Shown piece after piece: positions 8,859 to 18,320 of a DNA stretch of 57,467 nucleotides; positions within the stretch are counted from its first letter, which is position 1, and every line of letters begins with the position of its first letter. The stretch is taken from the IMG/VR virus record IMGVR_UViG_3300033233_000045, positions 1 through 57,467 of that record; one strand, written 5' to 3'. The notes below the pieces were generated by a model. It had not been told where the DNA came from and ran no database searches. It saw only the letters and a program-made list of their open reading frames with translations. The DNA is from a virus (lineage: Duplodnaviria; Caudoviricetes). Position numbers and translations under genes: made by a program.

Positions 8859-9647
8859 TTATTTTTTGAGCCGGTCCACCGGGGAGAACTGGCGGTGCTG
8901 CGCCTCCAGATCGGCGTCGGCCAGGGCCACGTAACGGTTGACCATGGCGAGCGCCGTGTGGCCCAGCAACTCCTTGAGCGTGAAGACGTCCCCGCCGGCG
9001 CGGAGGAACGAGACGGCGAAGGTGTGCCGGAACGTATGCGGCGAGCAGCGCCTAACCTGAATCCCGGCGATGTCGCCGATCCGATGGATCAGTTGGAGGA
9101 GTCCCGACCGCGAGAGTTGTCTCCCCTCGCCCATCCCGCGCTCAGACAGAAAGAGCGGGTCCTCCGGCTCTCGGACCTCTTTTCGCAGATAGGCCCAGAG
9201 CGCTCGGAGCGTCTCCCGCCCGAAGAACAGTTTCCGGTGCTTGTTGCCCTTGCCGTGGACGACGCAGCAGCGTTCGGAGAGGTTCACGTCGCCTCGGCGC
9301 AGTCCGCACAGTTCGGAGGCGCGGCAGCCGGTGTCGAGCAGGAACAGCACGATCACCTCGTCGCGCAGGGGGTAGGAGGTCTTGCGGGCAGCGGCGCGCA
9401 GCGCGCGCTGCTGGTCTTCGGTGAACGGTTGGATCTGGTCGGGGCGAGCGACCGGGGGCCGAAGGTTTGCCATCGGGGATGTCACCAGAATCCCCTCGGC
9501 GATCAGGAACTGGAACAGGGCGGCGAGGTTGACGTGATAGGTCTTCGCGGTGATCGGCTTGACCGGCCGCTTCGCCTGGTAGGGGCGTACCTTGGCGGCG
9601 GTGAATCGGTTGTAGCAGGCTGCCCGCGTTCGCTCAACCCCAATCAC
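8859..9647 (-). CDS. Tyrosine recombinase (XerC/D-like integrase), short N-terminus
   Basis: DTGCRASEL, GKGNK, HTFRH, LLGH and RY: all catalytic residues present. Confidence 0.92.
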   Translation of the reverse strand: MIGVERTRAACYNRFTAAKVRPYQAKRPVKPITAKTYHVNLAALFQFLIAEGILVTSPMANLRPPVARPDQIQPFTEDQQRALRAAARKTSYPLRDEVIVLFLLDTGCRASELCGLRRGDVNLSERCCVVHGKGNKHRKLFFGRETLRALWAYLRKEVREPEDPLFLSERGMGEGRQLSRSGLLQLIHRIGDIAGIQVRRCSPHTFRHTFAVSFLRAGGDVFTLKELLGHTALAMVNRYVALADADLEAQHRQFSPVDRLKK

Positions 9648-9849
9648 GCCCTTTTTCGGAGGCGTTCCGGTCTATCTCCGCGAGCAGCCGCCGGCTCCAT
9701 TCCTGGCGCAAATGCGCCTGCACGGCCGCCCGCACTTCCGCCGACACGGAATGGAGCCGGCGGTCGGCCAACGCGGCGACCTGCTCAAAGAGCGCCGCGG
9801 GTAAACGCACCGTCAGTGATCGTTGGGGAGGCGAGGGGTTTCGACGCAT
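9634..9849 (-). CDS. Arc/CopG-like ribbon-helix-helix regulator
   Basis: LTVRLPAALFEQVAALADRRLHSVSAEVRAAV. Confidence 0.75.
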   Translation of the reverse strand: MRRNPSPPQRSLTVRLPAALFEQVAALADRRLHSVSAEVRAAVQAHLRQEWSRRLLAEIDRNASEKGRDWG

Positions 9850-10013
9850 TTGTCTTACATACCAGGATAGCAGGTTTCCGAGATCTCGTCAAACAGGAAA
9901 TCCATCCATTCCGCGTCGAACCTCCTCTTGTGGCTACGCGCGTCAACGATGGACGAGAAGGAATACCCTCCCCCCGCGGCGAAAAGGGTCGTGAGGCGCA
10001 CGAGGCGGCGGTC

Positions 10014-10151
10014 ATGAAAGTGGCGGCGCGGCTGGAGGCGCTGTGGCGTGAGCGCGCCTATGGCCGCGTCGAAGTCGTCGTCAGGGGCGGGATGATCCAC
10101 GAAATCCGGACGACCGAAACAGAGGTTGTCATAGCCGCGAGAACCGAATAG
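10014..10151 (+). CDS. DUF2292-like small protein
   Basis: YGRVEVVVRGGMIHEIRTTE pattern; GAGG RBS; first gene of the late strand. Confidence 0.5.
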   Translation: MKVAARLEALWRERAYGRVEVVVRGGMIHEIRTTETEVVIAARTE

Positions 10152-10172
10152 CCCCGGCCAGGAGAAAAACTC

Positions 10173-10214
10173 AACGCCGGAAACCGGAAGCGATTCCGCG
10201 TTTCCGGCGTTTTT
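10173..10214 (+). terminator. Terminator/attenuator hairpin
   Basis: aacgccggaaac-cggaa GCGA ttccg-c-gtttccggcgtt followed by a T-tract. Confidence 0.7.
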
Positions 10215-10252
10215 GGTTGATGAGCGGAGCATGGGCGTCCGCGGCGCTGGAA

Positions 10253-10720
10253 ATGGATGATCCCAAGTCGCGAGACGTTAGTCTCAAGGAACACCTGGAA
10301 TCTCGCCTCCGGAGCGTGGAGGAGCGGCTACAGACGCACGAGCGGGCGCAGTATCGTGAGATCGAGCAGGCGACCAAAAAATCTGACGAGGCTCGCGTCG
10401 CCTTAGAAACCCGCCTCGTGGAAATGAACCAGATGCGGGCGCAGATCCTCGCGGAACGGGGCGAGTTTGTCACGCGCGATATGCTCGACGCGCGGATCAT
10501 CGGCATCGAGGCGCGGTTGACGACGATCGTGACTCGGCTGGAGTCGGTCGTCTCGCGGGACGTGCTCGACGCGCGCCTTCAGTCTCTCGCGTTGCGTCTG
10601 GAGGTGCTGGAGAGGACCAAGAGCAACTTGGAGGGCCGGCTATGGATGTTTGTAACGGGGTTGACCATCCTGTCCATCGTCATCCAGACCGTCACGCGCT
10701 ACATATTCGCGGCAAGGTGA
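10253..10720 (+). CDS. Coiled-coil protein with a C-terminal transmembrane helix (holin/lysis-associated?)
   Basis: Heptad-rich body ending LWMFVTGLTILSIVIQTV. Confidence 0.6.
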   Translation: MDDPKSRDVSLKEHLESRLRSVEERLQTHERAQYREIEQATKKSDEARVALETRLVEMNQMRAQILAERGEFVTRDMLDARIIGIEARLTTIVTRLESVVSRDVLDARLQSLALRLEVLERTKSNLEGRLWMFVTGLTILSIVIQTVTRYIFAAR

Positions 10721-10724
10721 CGGC

Positions 10725-10895
10725 ATGCCCACGGGTCTCGGCAAAGCGGTCGACTTCAGTTTGCGGGAACGGTCTCCGGTGCATGTCCGGAAGATTCTCC
10801 AGGAATTTCGGCATCTGGTGATCGGCCTGGGTCGCTATCGGGGTTTCACCCACGTCGCCGGGGAACCGTCGCGTCGATCGACGTGGGTGGGATAG
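10725..10895 (+). pseudogene. C-terminal remnant of a Peptidase M15-type endolysin (56 aa, below the ORF-track cutoff)
   Basis: Translated by hand: MPTGLGKAVDFSL...IGLGRYRGFTHV...STWVG; lacks the N-terminal SxH zinc ligand. Confidence 0.55.
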
Positions 10896-10914
10896 GCGCG
10901 CGTGAAGGAGAAAC

Positions 10915-11466
10915 ATGGCTAACATCGTGGGGTATCGATGGCAGGACGGCGTCGCTCATCCGCAGGAAGGCGTCGAAAGTCTTACGTTCGACTTGATGGA
11001 GACGGTCCGGAAGCTCGTGAATCAGGGAAGACTGTCGGCGCGGCGGAACCTGGCGGCGCTCACGCCGTCGAACAACCTGATGCGGGCGGCGCAGGAGGAC
11101 TGCGATTGCTGGCAGGGACATTTGCCCATGCCGCCGGGAGACGCGCTTGCCCGCGCCCGCGCTCAGTATTACACGGGACAGGCGGCGGCCGTCGTCTGGG
11201 CCGAGGGGACCATCCAGCCGCTGGAGATGGTGGACGCTCTGCTGCACGATCCCGCGACGAGCGCGGTGATCGACGGGGATTGGAACGAGATGGGCGTCGC
11301 GTTCGCGGGCTCGCCCTACAATCTCCGGTGTGTCGTGTTTCTCGGACGGCGGCAAGGGTGGCCCAACCAGGAGTTGCCCGTGCAGGACGCCATTCAGATC
11401 GGTCTGCGCGAGGGGCTGTCCTTCCTGGCGAAATATCCGGCAGTCCTACAGGTCGGGATCGGATGA
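10915..11466 (+). CDS. Degenerate CAP/SCP-domain protein
   Basis: LVNQGR..LAAL..NNLMRAAQ..ARARAQYY..WAEG...VDALL...DWNEMGVAF...VVFLG follows the CAP layout without the conserved His residues. Confidence 0.6.
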   Translation: MANIVGYRWQDGVAHPQEGVESLTFDLMETVRKLVNQGRLSARRNLAALTPSNNLMRAAQEDCDCWQGHLPMPPGDALARARAQYYTGQAAAVVWAEGTIQPLEMVDALLHDPATSAVIDGDWNEMGVAFAGSPYNLRCVVFLGRRQGWPNQELPVQDAIQIGLREGLSFLAKYPAVLQVGIG

Positions 11467-11627
11467 AGTGGCTCTCCAAATTGGCGGTGGCCATGAAGAT
11501 CATCTCGGTTCTGGACGAGTTGCAGGACCTACCGCCGGGAGAGACAACGGAGATCCCGGAGACGCGCGTCAAGGTCGGTCGGCGGAAATGGATCCTGGGG
11601 CCGACGCCGGCGCGCTGGGAGGAGTGA
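11463..11627 (+). CDS. Small hypothetical protein
   Basis: MKWLSKLAVAMKII...; ATGA overlap with the upstream stop. Confidence 0.5.
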   Translation: MKWLSKLAVAMKIISVLDELQDLPPGETTEIPETRVKVGRRKWILGPTPARWEE

Positions 11628-11731
11628 CGATGAAATGGCGGACGCGGCGGCGCTCGGAGCGATTCTCATGGGGTTGACGGTCGGGGTGATCCTGTTGATG
11701 TGGTGCATCCGGTCGTCTCCGGGGGAGTAGC

Positions 11732-14002
11732 ATGGCGGACCTCTCGATCTTTCGGGGCCTGATCAACGGCCGCGGCTACTACTCGCGGAGCATCAACGGC
11801 CAGGCCGGCGGGGTCGTCACGATCTCGAACGACGAGGCGCGGTTCCGGCAGATCGCGCTCACCGGCGTCGTCTCCGGCGCGCCTCTGATCAATTTTCCGG
11901 CCGCGCCGGGAATGGAATGGATCGTGGACCTGACGGGTCTTTCCTCCTCCGACGGTGGGACCACGGTCACGGTCGCGGCGGGCGGCACGGGATTCACGGC
12001 GCAGATGGGCCGGGTGCATCAGGTCTACGCCCGCGACGTCGGGATGCGGGACACGGTCTCGTTCGGATCGTTGACGACGGGCGAAATCTACGCCGACAGC
12101 TACCCCACGGTCCAACAGGCGATCGACGCCTGCCCGGACGGCGGGACGGTGATCCTCGGGGCGCGCGTCTACACCATCGACGCCGCCGCGCAATACGCCT
12201 GGAATCAGGTGCGGGGCGCGGTCTCCACCCCGAAGCACGGATTGGTCGTCGCCGACAAACGCGTCAACATCACGGGCCAGGGGGTGGGAACCGTGCTCCG
12301 CGCGGGCGCGGCGAACGTGGATGTGCTGACCTATTATTCGAGCGACGGCGTCGGCGGGGAGACCCGCGCGAGCTATTGCCTCGTTTCTAACCTGCGGATC
12401 GACAATCCCTCCGCCCACTCCGGATGCAATGGGCTCGTATTCGATCGCGGCTATCGGAACCGCGTCCATAGTCTGAGGATCGGCACTTCCGGCGGAACCC
12501 ATTTCGCGAACGGAATCCGGGCGGTCAATTCGTGGGATCTCAACATACTCGACAGTTATGTCTACGGCTGCGCCACCGGCGTGGACGCCACCGCCTATTA
12601 CCGGGATTCAGATGGTCAGTTGGCGGATGGGACGACCAACGCCTACAGCGGAGCGAACGGCCCCTCTCACGGCCTGACAATCCAGGGTGCGGAAATCTCC
12701 GGCGGCGCGTTCGGCGTCGATCTCGTGGAGGTGCAGATGGCGTCGATCCACGACACGACCATCGAGGGGTTGTCCTCGGCGGGCGTCCGGGCGCGCGGCG
12801 CGCAGGGCCTGAACCTCTCCGGGATCTACTGGGAGAATACGGGGGCGGGCGCCTTTGATCTCGATCTCGCCGCCAGTCCGAACGCGGGAGCCCTCTCATG
12901 CCGCATGGCGCGGGTCCAGAACGCCAACCGCATCCGTGCGCGGAATACCCGCGCCCTGACCGTGGATGGATTTCGGGAACTCCGAGGCGCGGACGGATCG
13001 GTATTTGACGTGGACACGACGGTCACGGGCGTGACGCTTCTTGGGACGTGGTGGACGGAGGACGTGACGCTCGCCGTCCCGGCGCGCGCCCAAATCTATC
13101 AGCAATTCAACCGGGGACTCGCGGGCGTCGTGAACTCCGGGCGTCCGCAGTCCACGACCTATCCCCTGGAAGAGGTGGGGCAGAACCTCATCGCGAACCT
13201 GGGGTTCGCGAACTCCGCGAACGCGACGGGATGGACGTTTTCCAACATGGCCGTGCAGACGACGGGCGCGCCGTTCGGGCTGGCCTACGCGGCGGCGACT
13301 ACCGGGGCGACCTGCACGGCGACCGCGGCGCTCGTCCCGGCGTTCACGAACGATCTGCGGGACCGGTGCGTGACGCTCTCATGTTGGATCAAGGCGCCGA
13401 ACGCGACATGGAGCGGCTCGCTCCAGGCGCTCTCCGACGTTAACGATTCGACGCAACTCGACCGGACGCTGTTTGACGGCGCATGGCATTACGTTTCCGC
13501 CATCCTCCGGATTGGACCGGCAGCGACGGGGATTTCGTTCCGGCTCAACTTGTTCTCCAACGGAGACGGGGGCAACGCCCTGTTCGCGGGACCGGTCCTC
13601 ACGTTGGGTCACGAGCCGCTCGGCCCGGCGATGGAGGAGCACCTCCGGCCGCCGATGCTGACGGCGCGGCGGATGCAGATCGCGCCTGTGAACGCTGCCG
13701 TGGTCGCGAACACGCAGTTCGATCCGACGCTCGCGGGCGTGTTTTATATCTCCGGCTCGGGCGGGGCGATCACCCTGAATGTGGCGCAGACGACGCTCAC
13801 GAACAGCGCGGCGTGGACGGACGGGATGGAGGTGGAGTTCATCGGCGACGACGACACGAACACGGTGACGTTCACGACCGCCGCGGCCACGAAGCTGAAA
13901 CTGGGCGCGGCCACGCGCGTGCTGGGGTTGCTGGACACGGTCCGGTTGCGCTACGTGAAGGCGCGCGACCGGTGGATGGAAGTCTCTTCGCAAGGGGCCT
14001 AG
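11732..14002 (+). CDS. Spike/depolymerase-like protein (shared N-terminal module + beta-helix + carbohydrate-binding-like domain)
   Basis: TVQQAIDAC..GGTVIL..NITGQG pectate-lyase-like start; QNLIANLGF...WHYVS CBM-like region. Confidence 0.75.
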   Translation: MADLSIFRGLINGRGYYSRSINGQAGGVVTISNDEARFRQIALTGVVSGAPLINFPAAPGMEWIVDLTGLSSSDGGTTVTVAAGGTGFTAQMGRVHQVYARDVGMRDTVSFGSLTTGEIYADSYPTVQQAIDACPDGGTVILGARVYTIDAAAQYAWNQVRGAVSTPKHGLVVADKRVNITGQGVGTVLRAGAANVDVLTYYSSDGVGGETRASYCLVSNLRIDNPSAHSGCNGLVFDRGYRNRVHSLRIGTSGGTHFANGIRAVNSWDLNILDSYVYGCATGVDATAYYRDSDGQLADGTTNAYSGANGPSHGLTIQGAEISGGAFGVDLVEVQMASIHDTTIEGLSSAGVRARGAQGLNLSGIYWENTGAGAFDLDLAASPNAGALSCRMARVQNANRIRARNTRALTVDGFRELRGADGSVFDVDTTVTGVTLLGTWWTEDVTLAVPARAQIYQQFNRGLAGVVNSGRPQSTTYPLEEVGQNLIANLGFANSANATGWTFSNMAVQTTGAPFGLAYAAATTGATCTATAALVPAFTNDLRDRCVTLSCWIKAPNATWSGSLQALSDVNDSTQLDRTLFDGAWHYVSAILRIGPAATGISFRLNLFSNGDGGNALFAGPVLTLGHEPLGPAMEEHLRPPMLTARRMQIAPVNAAVVANTQFDPTLAGVFYISGSGGAITLNVAQTTLTNSAAWTDGMEVEFIGDDDTNTVTFTTAAATKLKLGAATRVLGLLDTVRLRYVKARDRWMEVSSQGA

Positions 14003-14003
14003 A

Positions 14004-14393
14004 ATGGCGAAAGCGTTTCGGGACTGTATTGTGGAACTGCGGCGGGTGCGTGCGTCGGAACTTCAGCCGAACCCGGCGAACTGGCGACGCCACCCAGATT
14101 TGCAGGGGCGCGCGCTGTCGCGGCTGCTCGACGAGATCGGTTACGCGGATTGCTTGCTCGCCTACCCGACGCAGAAACCGGTGGCGCTTTTTGAGGCGGC
14201 GATCAAGAACCATCTGGCCGCCGGGCAGGCGCTCTACGACCCGTTTCTCGGTTCAGGCACAGCGATCATCGCCGCCGAGATGGTAGGTGTTCGGGCATTT
14301 GGTTGCGAGATCGAGCCGCATCACGCGGACACCTGCCTCGCGCGTTTCGAGCAGGCGACGGGCAAGAGCGTGCGGCGGCTCGACGCGGTATAG
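14004..14393 (+). pseudogene. Internally deleted ParB-N / N6-N4 DNA methyltransferase
   Basis: ELQPNPANWRRH..DEIG joined in frame to PTQKPV..YDPFLGSGT..GCEIEP; catalytic DPPY region absent. Confidence 0.75.
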
Positions 14394-14407
14394 TATGGGT
14401 GGTATAG

Positions 14408-14893
14408 ATGGTTTCGGGTCCGAAACAACTGGAAATCGCGGAGCGGCGGCGCAAAGTCGGATCACTCTACCTGATGCGGTTCACGCAGGAGGAGATTGCA
14501 CGCCAGGTGGGCGTCACCCAGAAATGCATCTCGACAGACATCAAGGCGATTAAGGAGCAGTATAAGGCCGAGCGAGAGGAACTGATCGAGCGAGATCTGG
14601 CGGAACTGGAACAGATGGAACGCGACTGCGCGATGCAATTCGCGCAGACGAAGGACCGGGAATGGATCAGCGAGCGCCGGGAAATCAAGAAGCGCCGGTC
14701 GCAAATGATCGGGCTGGACGCCCCGGTGAAGACGGACAACCGAAACGAGAACCGGGGAGAGATCGTGCTGCGCTATGAAAACGACTGGCGCGGTCGCGGA
14801 ACCGAACCGGACGAGACGGGAGATCGTGCTGCCGTATCCCCATCCGGGGCAGCAGAAGGTGATCCGAGGGAGGAGACGCCACAACCGGATTAG
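14408..14893 (+). CDS. Terminase small subunit
   Basis: HTH FTQEEIARQVGVTQKCISTDI; RRSQMIGLDAPVK; precedes TerL. Confidence 0.75.
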   Translation: MVSGPKQLEIAERRRKVGSLYLMRFTQEEIARQVGVTQKCISTDIKAIKEQYKAEREELIERDLAELEQMERDCAMQFAQTKDREWISERREIKKRRSQMIGLDAPVKTDNRNENRGEIVLRYENDWRGRGTEPDETGDRAAVSPSGAAEGDPREETPQPD

Positions 14894-16076
14894 CGCGGGG
14901 AGACGGTGGCGGAAGACGACACTGGGGATGAGCGTGGCCATCCAAGGGGCCGCGCGCGCGCAGCAGTGGCTGTGGGGCGCGCCGACCTATGACCAGGTGC
15001 GGATCGCCTGGGACGAGACCCGGCGTGCGGCCTTGGGTGTGGCGACGTTCCTCAAGGCGGAAATGCTCGTGACGTTTCCCGGCGGCGGCGTGATCCGGTT
15101 CCGATCACTCGACGATCCGGACAACGCCCGCGGATGGACGGCCGACGGGGTAGTGATCGACGAGGCGGCCGACGTGCCCGAGGCGGCGTGGCACGAGGTG
15201 CTTCGGCCGATGCTCCTCGACACCGGCGGCGAATCGTGGACGCTTGGTACCCCCAAAGGGCGCAACTGGTACTGGCGCGAGTGCGTGGCGGCGGCGGATG
15301 ATCCGGACGCCGTGTTCTGGAACGCGCCGACGCTCGGGGCGCGGGTGACGGAACAGGGACTTCTGCGCGCCCCTCATCCGCTGGAGAACCCGAACGTTCC
15401 GTGGTCCGAGATCGAGTCCCTATTCCGAACGCTGCCCGAGCGGGTGTTCCGACAGGAGATCCTGGCGGAATTTGTCGGCGACGAAGGTTCGGTGTTTATC
15501 GGCGTTCGCGCCGCCGTGGACCGGGGCCGCACCGCGAACGAGGATCCGGTCGCGGGCCGACGCTATTTCCTGGGCGTGGACCTCGCCCGGGTCGCCGACT
15601 TCACGGTGCTCTCGGTGATGGACCTGAGCCACAGGCAGGTTTATCTGGAGCGGTTCAACCAGATTTCCTGGGAGCGGCAGATCGAGCGGATCGTCGCGGT
15701 CTCGGCGCGTTACAACGGCGCGATGATCATGCTCGATTCCACCGGCGTGGGCGATCCGATCTTCGAGGCGCTGCGGGCACGCGGCCTGAAGGTCGAGGGG
15801 TTTCGGTTCACTAACGAGAGCAAAGAGCGCCTGATCGACGCGTTGGCGATGGGGATCGAGAGCGGCGGCGTCCGGCTGCTCGACCAGGAGACGCAAACGA
15901 ACGAGTTGCTGGCCTACCAATACTCGCTCTCGCCGTCGCGGAACATCCGCACGGGTGCGCCGCCGGGACTACATGACGACACGGTGATGGCGCTCGCGCT
16001 CGCGGACTGGGGCGTGGCCCACCCCGGCGGGTGGTGGCAGGACGCGGGCCTGATGGACTGGCTGAAAAGCCGATGA
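14775..16076 (+). CDS. Terminase large subunit
   Basis: PHPGQ, GRRWRKT Walker A, VIDEAA Walker B, GTPKGRNW, GVDLA, DSTGVGD, HDDTVMALAL. Confidence 0.95.
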   Translation: MKTTGAVAEPNRTRREIVLPYPHPGQQKVIRGRRRHNRISAGRRWRKTTLGMSVAIQGAARAQQWLWGAPTYDQVRIAWDETRRAALGVATFLKAEMLVTFPGGGVIRFRSLDDPDNARGWTADGVVIDEAADVPEAAWHEVLRPMLLDTGGESWTLGTPKGRNWYWRECVAAADDPDAVFWNAPTLGARVTEQGLLRAPHPLENPNVPWSEIESLFRTLPERVFRQEILAEFVGDEGSVFIGVRAAVDRGRTANEDPVAGRRYFLGVDLARVADFTVLSVMDLSHRQVYLERFNQISWERQIERIVAVSARYNGAMIMLDSTGVGDPIFEALRARGLKVEGFRFTNESKERLIDALAMGIESGGVRLLDQETQTNELLAYQYSLSPSRNIRTGAPPGLHDDTVMALALADWGVAHPGGWWQDAGLMDWLKSR

Positions 16077-16084
16077 GGAGACAG

Positions 16085-16261
16085 ATGGGACTGGCTCATG
16101 ACTTTTGGCGGTCGAAGACGACGTGGACGGGCGTTTTGGCGCTCGTCGCCGCCGCGGCGGGCTATCTCACCGGGGAACTTTCCACGGCGCAGGCGGTCGC
16201 GGCGGCCTTCGCGGCGATCCAATCGGTTTGGCTTCGCGACGCCGTGCGGAAGAGCTTCTAG
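16085..16261 (+). CDS. Small two-TM holin-like protein
   Basis: WRSKTTWTGVLALVAAAAGYL...LRDAV; GAGGAG RBS. Confidence 0.6.
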   Translation: MGLAHDFWRSKTTWTGVLALVAAAAGYLTGELSTAQAVAAAFAAIQSVWLRDAVRKSF

Positions 16262-16269
16262 GAGGCGGG

Positions 16270-16521
16270 ATGGCGTCGATAATCGAGGGGAATCCATTGC
16301 CGTACAAAGCGCCATGGGCCGCGCCGGCCATCGGTCGGATCGTGCATGTCATAACGGATGTGGCGCTCCTGCCCGGCATCGTGGTAGGGGTGCGCTCCCC
16401 GCTCGATCCAGCTTCGGCGCTGGACATCGCGCTCTTTGGCCCGGAATATCGGTTCGTGCAGAATGTCCCTTGTCGCGCCGATCCGGCGGTGGAGTTGGGA
16501 TGGGAGTGGCCGCCGCGATGA
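16270..16521 (+). CDS. Small phage protein (PxIGRIVH...WPPR type)
   Basis: PAIGRIVH and WEWPPR motifs; GGAGG RBS. Confidence 0.65.
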   Translation: MASIIEGNPLPYKAPWAAPAIGRIVHVITDVALLPGIVVGVRSPLDPASALDIALFGPEYRFVQNVPCRADPAVELGWEWPPR

Positions 16522-18320
16522 GATTTCCCTGGCAGCGGGAACAGATCGACGTGGAGGCGCTGGTGAGCCGCGTGGCGGGCGAGGCGGCGTCGCGCGCGGT
16601 GGCCGAGGCGCACGCCGAGATCCGGGAGACGCGCGTCCGGGTCGCCGAACTCTCGGACGTGCTGCGCGCGAACGGCGACGGGATGATGCCCATTCCGCCG
16701 ACGGGAAACCTCGCCGCGTCGCCGTATCCGATCTATGCACGCGACCAGCCGTTCCGCTACATGGTCCCCCAGGCGCCCTACCGCAAGCCGGAGAGTCCCG
16801 TCACGGTGGACATGCTCCGGTCGCTCGCGGAGAGTTTCGACATCTTGCGTGCGTGTATCAGCCATCTCCAGCGCGAGCTGGTCAACGTCCCCATCCAGAT
16901 CGTCCCGAAAGACGACGCCGACCAGAGCGACGAGACGCAGGCCCGCGTCCGCGCGGCCACGGAATGGTTCGAGGAAGACGGCGGCGTGGGTGGGCTGGGC
17001 ATGCGTCGCGGCCTTTTCGAGGCACAGGTCGTCGAGGACCTGGAGGTCGTCGGCGCGGCGGCGCTCTACTTCTCGCCCACGCGCGGCGGCGGCGTCTACG
17101 AGGTGCTCGCGATAGACGCGGCAACGATCCGCCCCCACGTGGACGCCTACGGCTGGCCCGGACCCGGCGAGGATGTCTACGAGCAGTGGATCTATGGCGT
17201 CAAGGTCGCCGGATTCACGCGCGAAGAGCTGCTCTACGACGGCATCCACGCCCGGACGTGGACGCCCTATTTCGCCTCCCCCGTGGAATGGCTCGTCGCC
17301 CGCATCCTGACGGCGCTCAAAGTGGACGAGTGGGACCGGACGTGGCTCACGGACGGGGCGATGCCCTCGGACATGATCGCGCTCCCCGACGGATGGACGC
17401 CTGCCCAAGTGCGCGAGTACGCCGAATGGTTCGTCTCGCTCCTGCGCGGCGACAGCCGCGCGCGGCAGCAACCGAAGTTCGTCCCCTCCGGAACGAGCAC
17501 GATTAAAAACGCCACTCGCAAGGACCACGACTTCGCCGAATTCAAGAACTGGTTGGTGAGTTGCACGTGCGCCGTTATGGGCGTCCATCGGGCGAGCATC
17601 GGGTTCGAGGGGGAGCAGTATAAGGTCAGCCAGGAGAACTCGATGGCGGCGACCTCCGAGTTCGGCGTCTCCGCGCTCCTGGAGTTCCGCCGCTCGCTCT
17701 ACAATCGCATTTTACGCCGGTTGGGCTATACTGAGTTGGAGTGCCGCAATGTGACGGCCGAGGAGGAGGAGGCCGGAACACGGGCGACCCGGAACGCGGC
17801 GCTGGTCATGAGCGGGATCAAGACGCCGAACGAGGCGCGGGCCGACGAGGGACTGGACGCGATGCCCGGCGGCGAGATGCTGTTCATCCCCGCCACGCTC
17901 GTGCCCCTCGACCAGGCGCTCGCGCCGCCCGCGCCGCCGCCGGTTGGTGGGACTTCTCCGGAATTTCCGGACAACTCGAACGTGTCGAATTCCTCGAACA
18001 GTTTCGAGAGTTCAGATGAATCGCGCCGCGCTGCCCTCTCCCTGTGGGAGAAAAAGGCGGTCGCGCGGCTGAATCGCGGCGAACCGGCCCAGGTCAACTT
18101 CCGCCACTGGGCGATTGACGAGGAGGAGCGGAATCGCGTGCGCGACGGATTGGACGCCTGCCGTACGCCCGCCGACGTGCGGGCGCTTTTTGCGACGATC
18201 CTCCTGGAGATGCCACCGGTCTACCACACGACGGTCGAGCAGCACGAGCGGCAACGGATTGCCCGCGCGTGGCGGGATCGGCGGATCGCGGCGGAACGGG
18301 AGGAGGCCGCGGTGTCATGA
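16518..18320 (+). CDS. Portal protein
   Basis: IDAATIR, SPVE, DGAMP, TPNEARADEGLDAMPGG; follows the terminase. Confidence 0.9.
   Translation: MRFPWQREQIDVEALVSRVAGEAASRAVAEAHAEIRETRVRVAELSDVLRANGDGMMPIPPTGNLAASPYPIYARDQPFRYMVPQAPYRKPESPVTVDMLRSLAESFDILRACISHLQRELVNVPIQIVPKDDADQSDETQARVRAATEWFEEDGGVGGLGMRRGLFEAQVVEDLEVVGAAALYFSPTRGGGVYEVLAIDAATIRPHVDAYGWPGPGEDVYEQWIYGVKVAGFTREELLYDGIHARTWTPYFASPVEWLVARILTALKVDEWDRTWLTDGAMPSDMIALPDGWTPAQVREYAEWFVSLLRGDSRARQQPKFVPSGTSTIKNATRKDHDFAEFKNWLVSCTCAVMGVHRASIGFEGEQYKVSQENSMAATSEFGVSALLEFRRSLYNRILRRLGYTELECRNVTAEEEEAGTRATRNAALVMSGIKTPNEARADEGLDAMPGGEMLFIPATLVPLDQALAPPAPPPVGGTSPEFPDNSNVSNSSNSFESSDESRRAALSLWEKKAVARLNRGEPAQVNFRHWAIDEEERNRVRDGLDACRTPADVRALFATILLEMPPVYHTTVEQHERQRIARAWRDRRIAAEREEAAVS

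Noticed and set aside
14759-14832. 13-bp repeat GAGATCGTGCTGC in the TerS/TerL overlap as a recoding signal
   Set aside because: TerL has its own ATG and no slippery sequence is visible; likely a small local duplication
14895-14920. CGG-to-Gly recoding (both the TerL and helicase Walker A motifs have CGG where Gly is expected)
   Set aside because: CGG also encodes the catalytic Arg of the recombinase HTFRH and a conserved Arg in the same TerL motif; known CGG reassignments are in low-GC genomes
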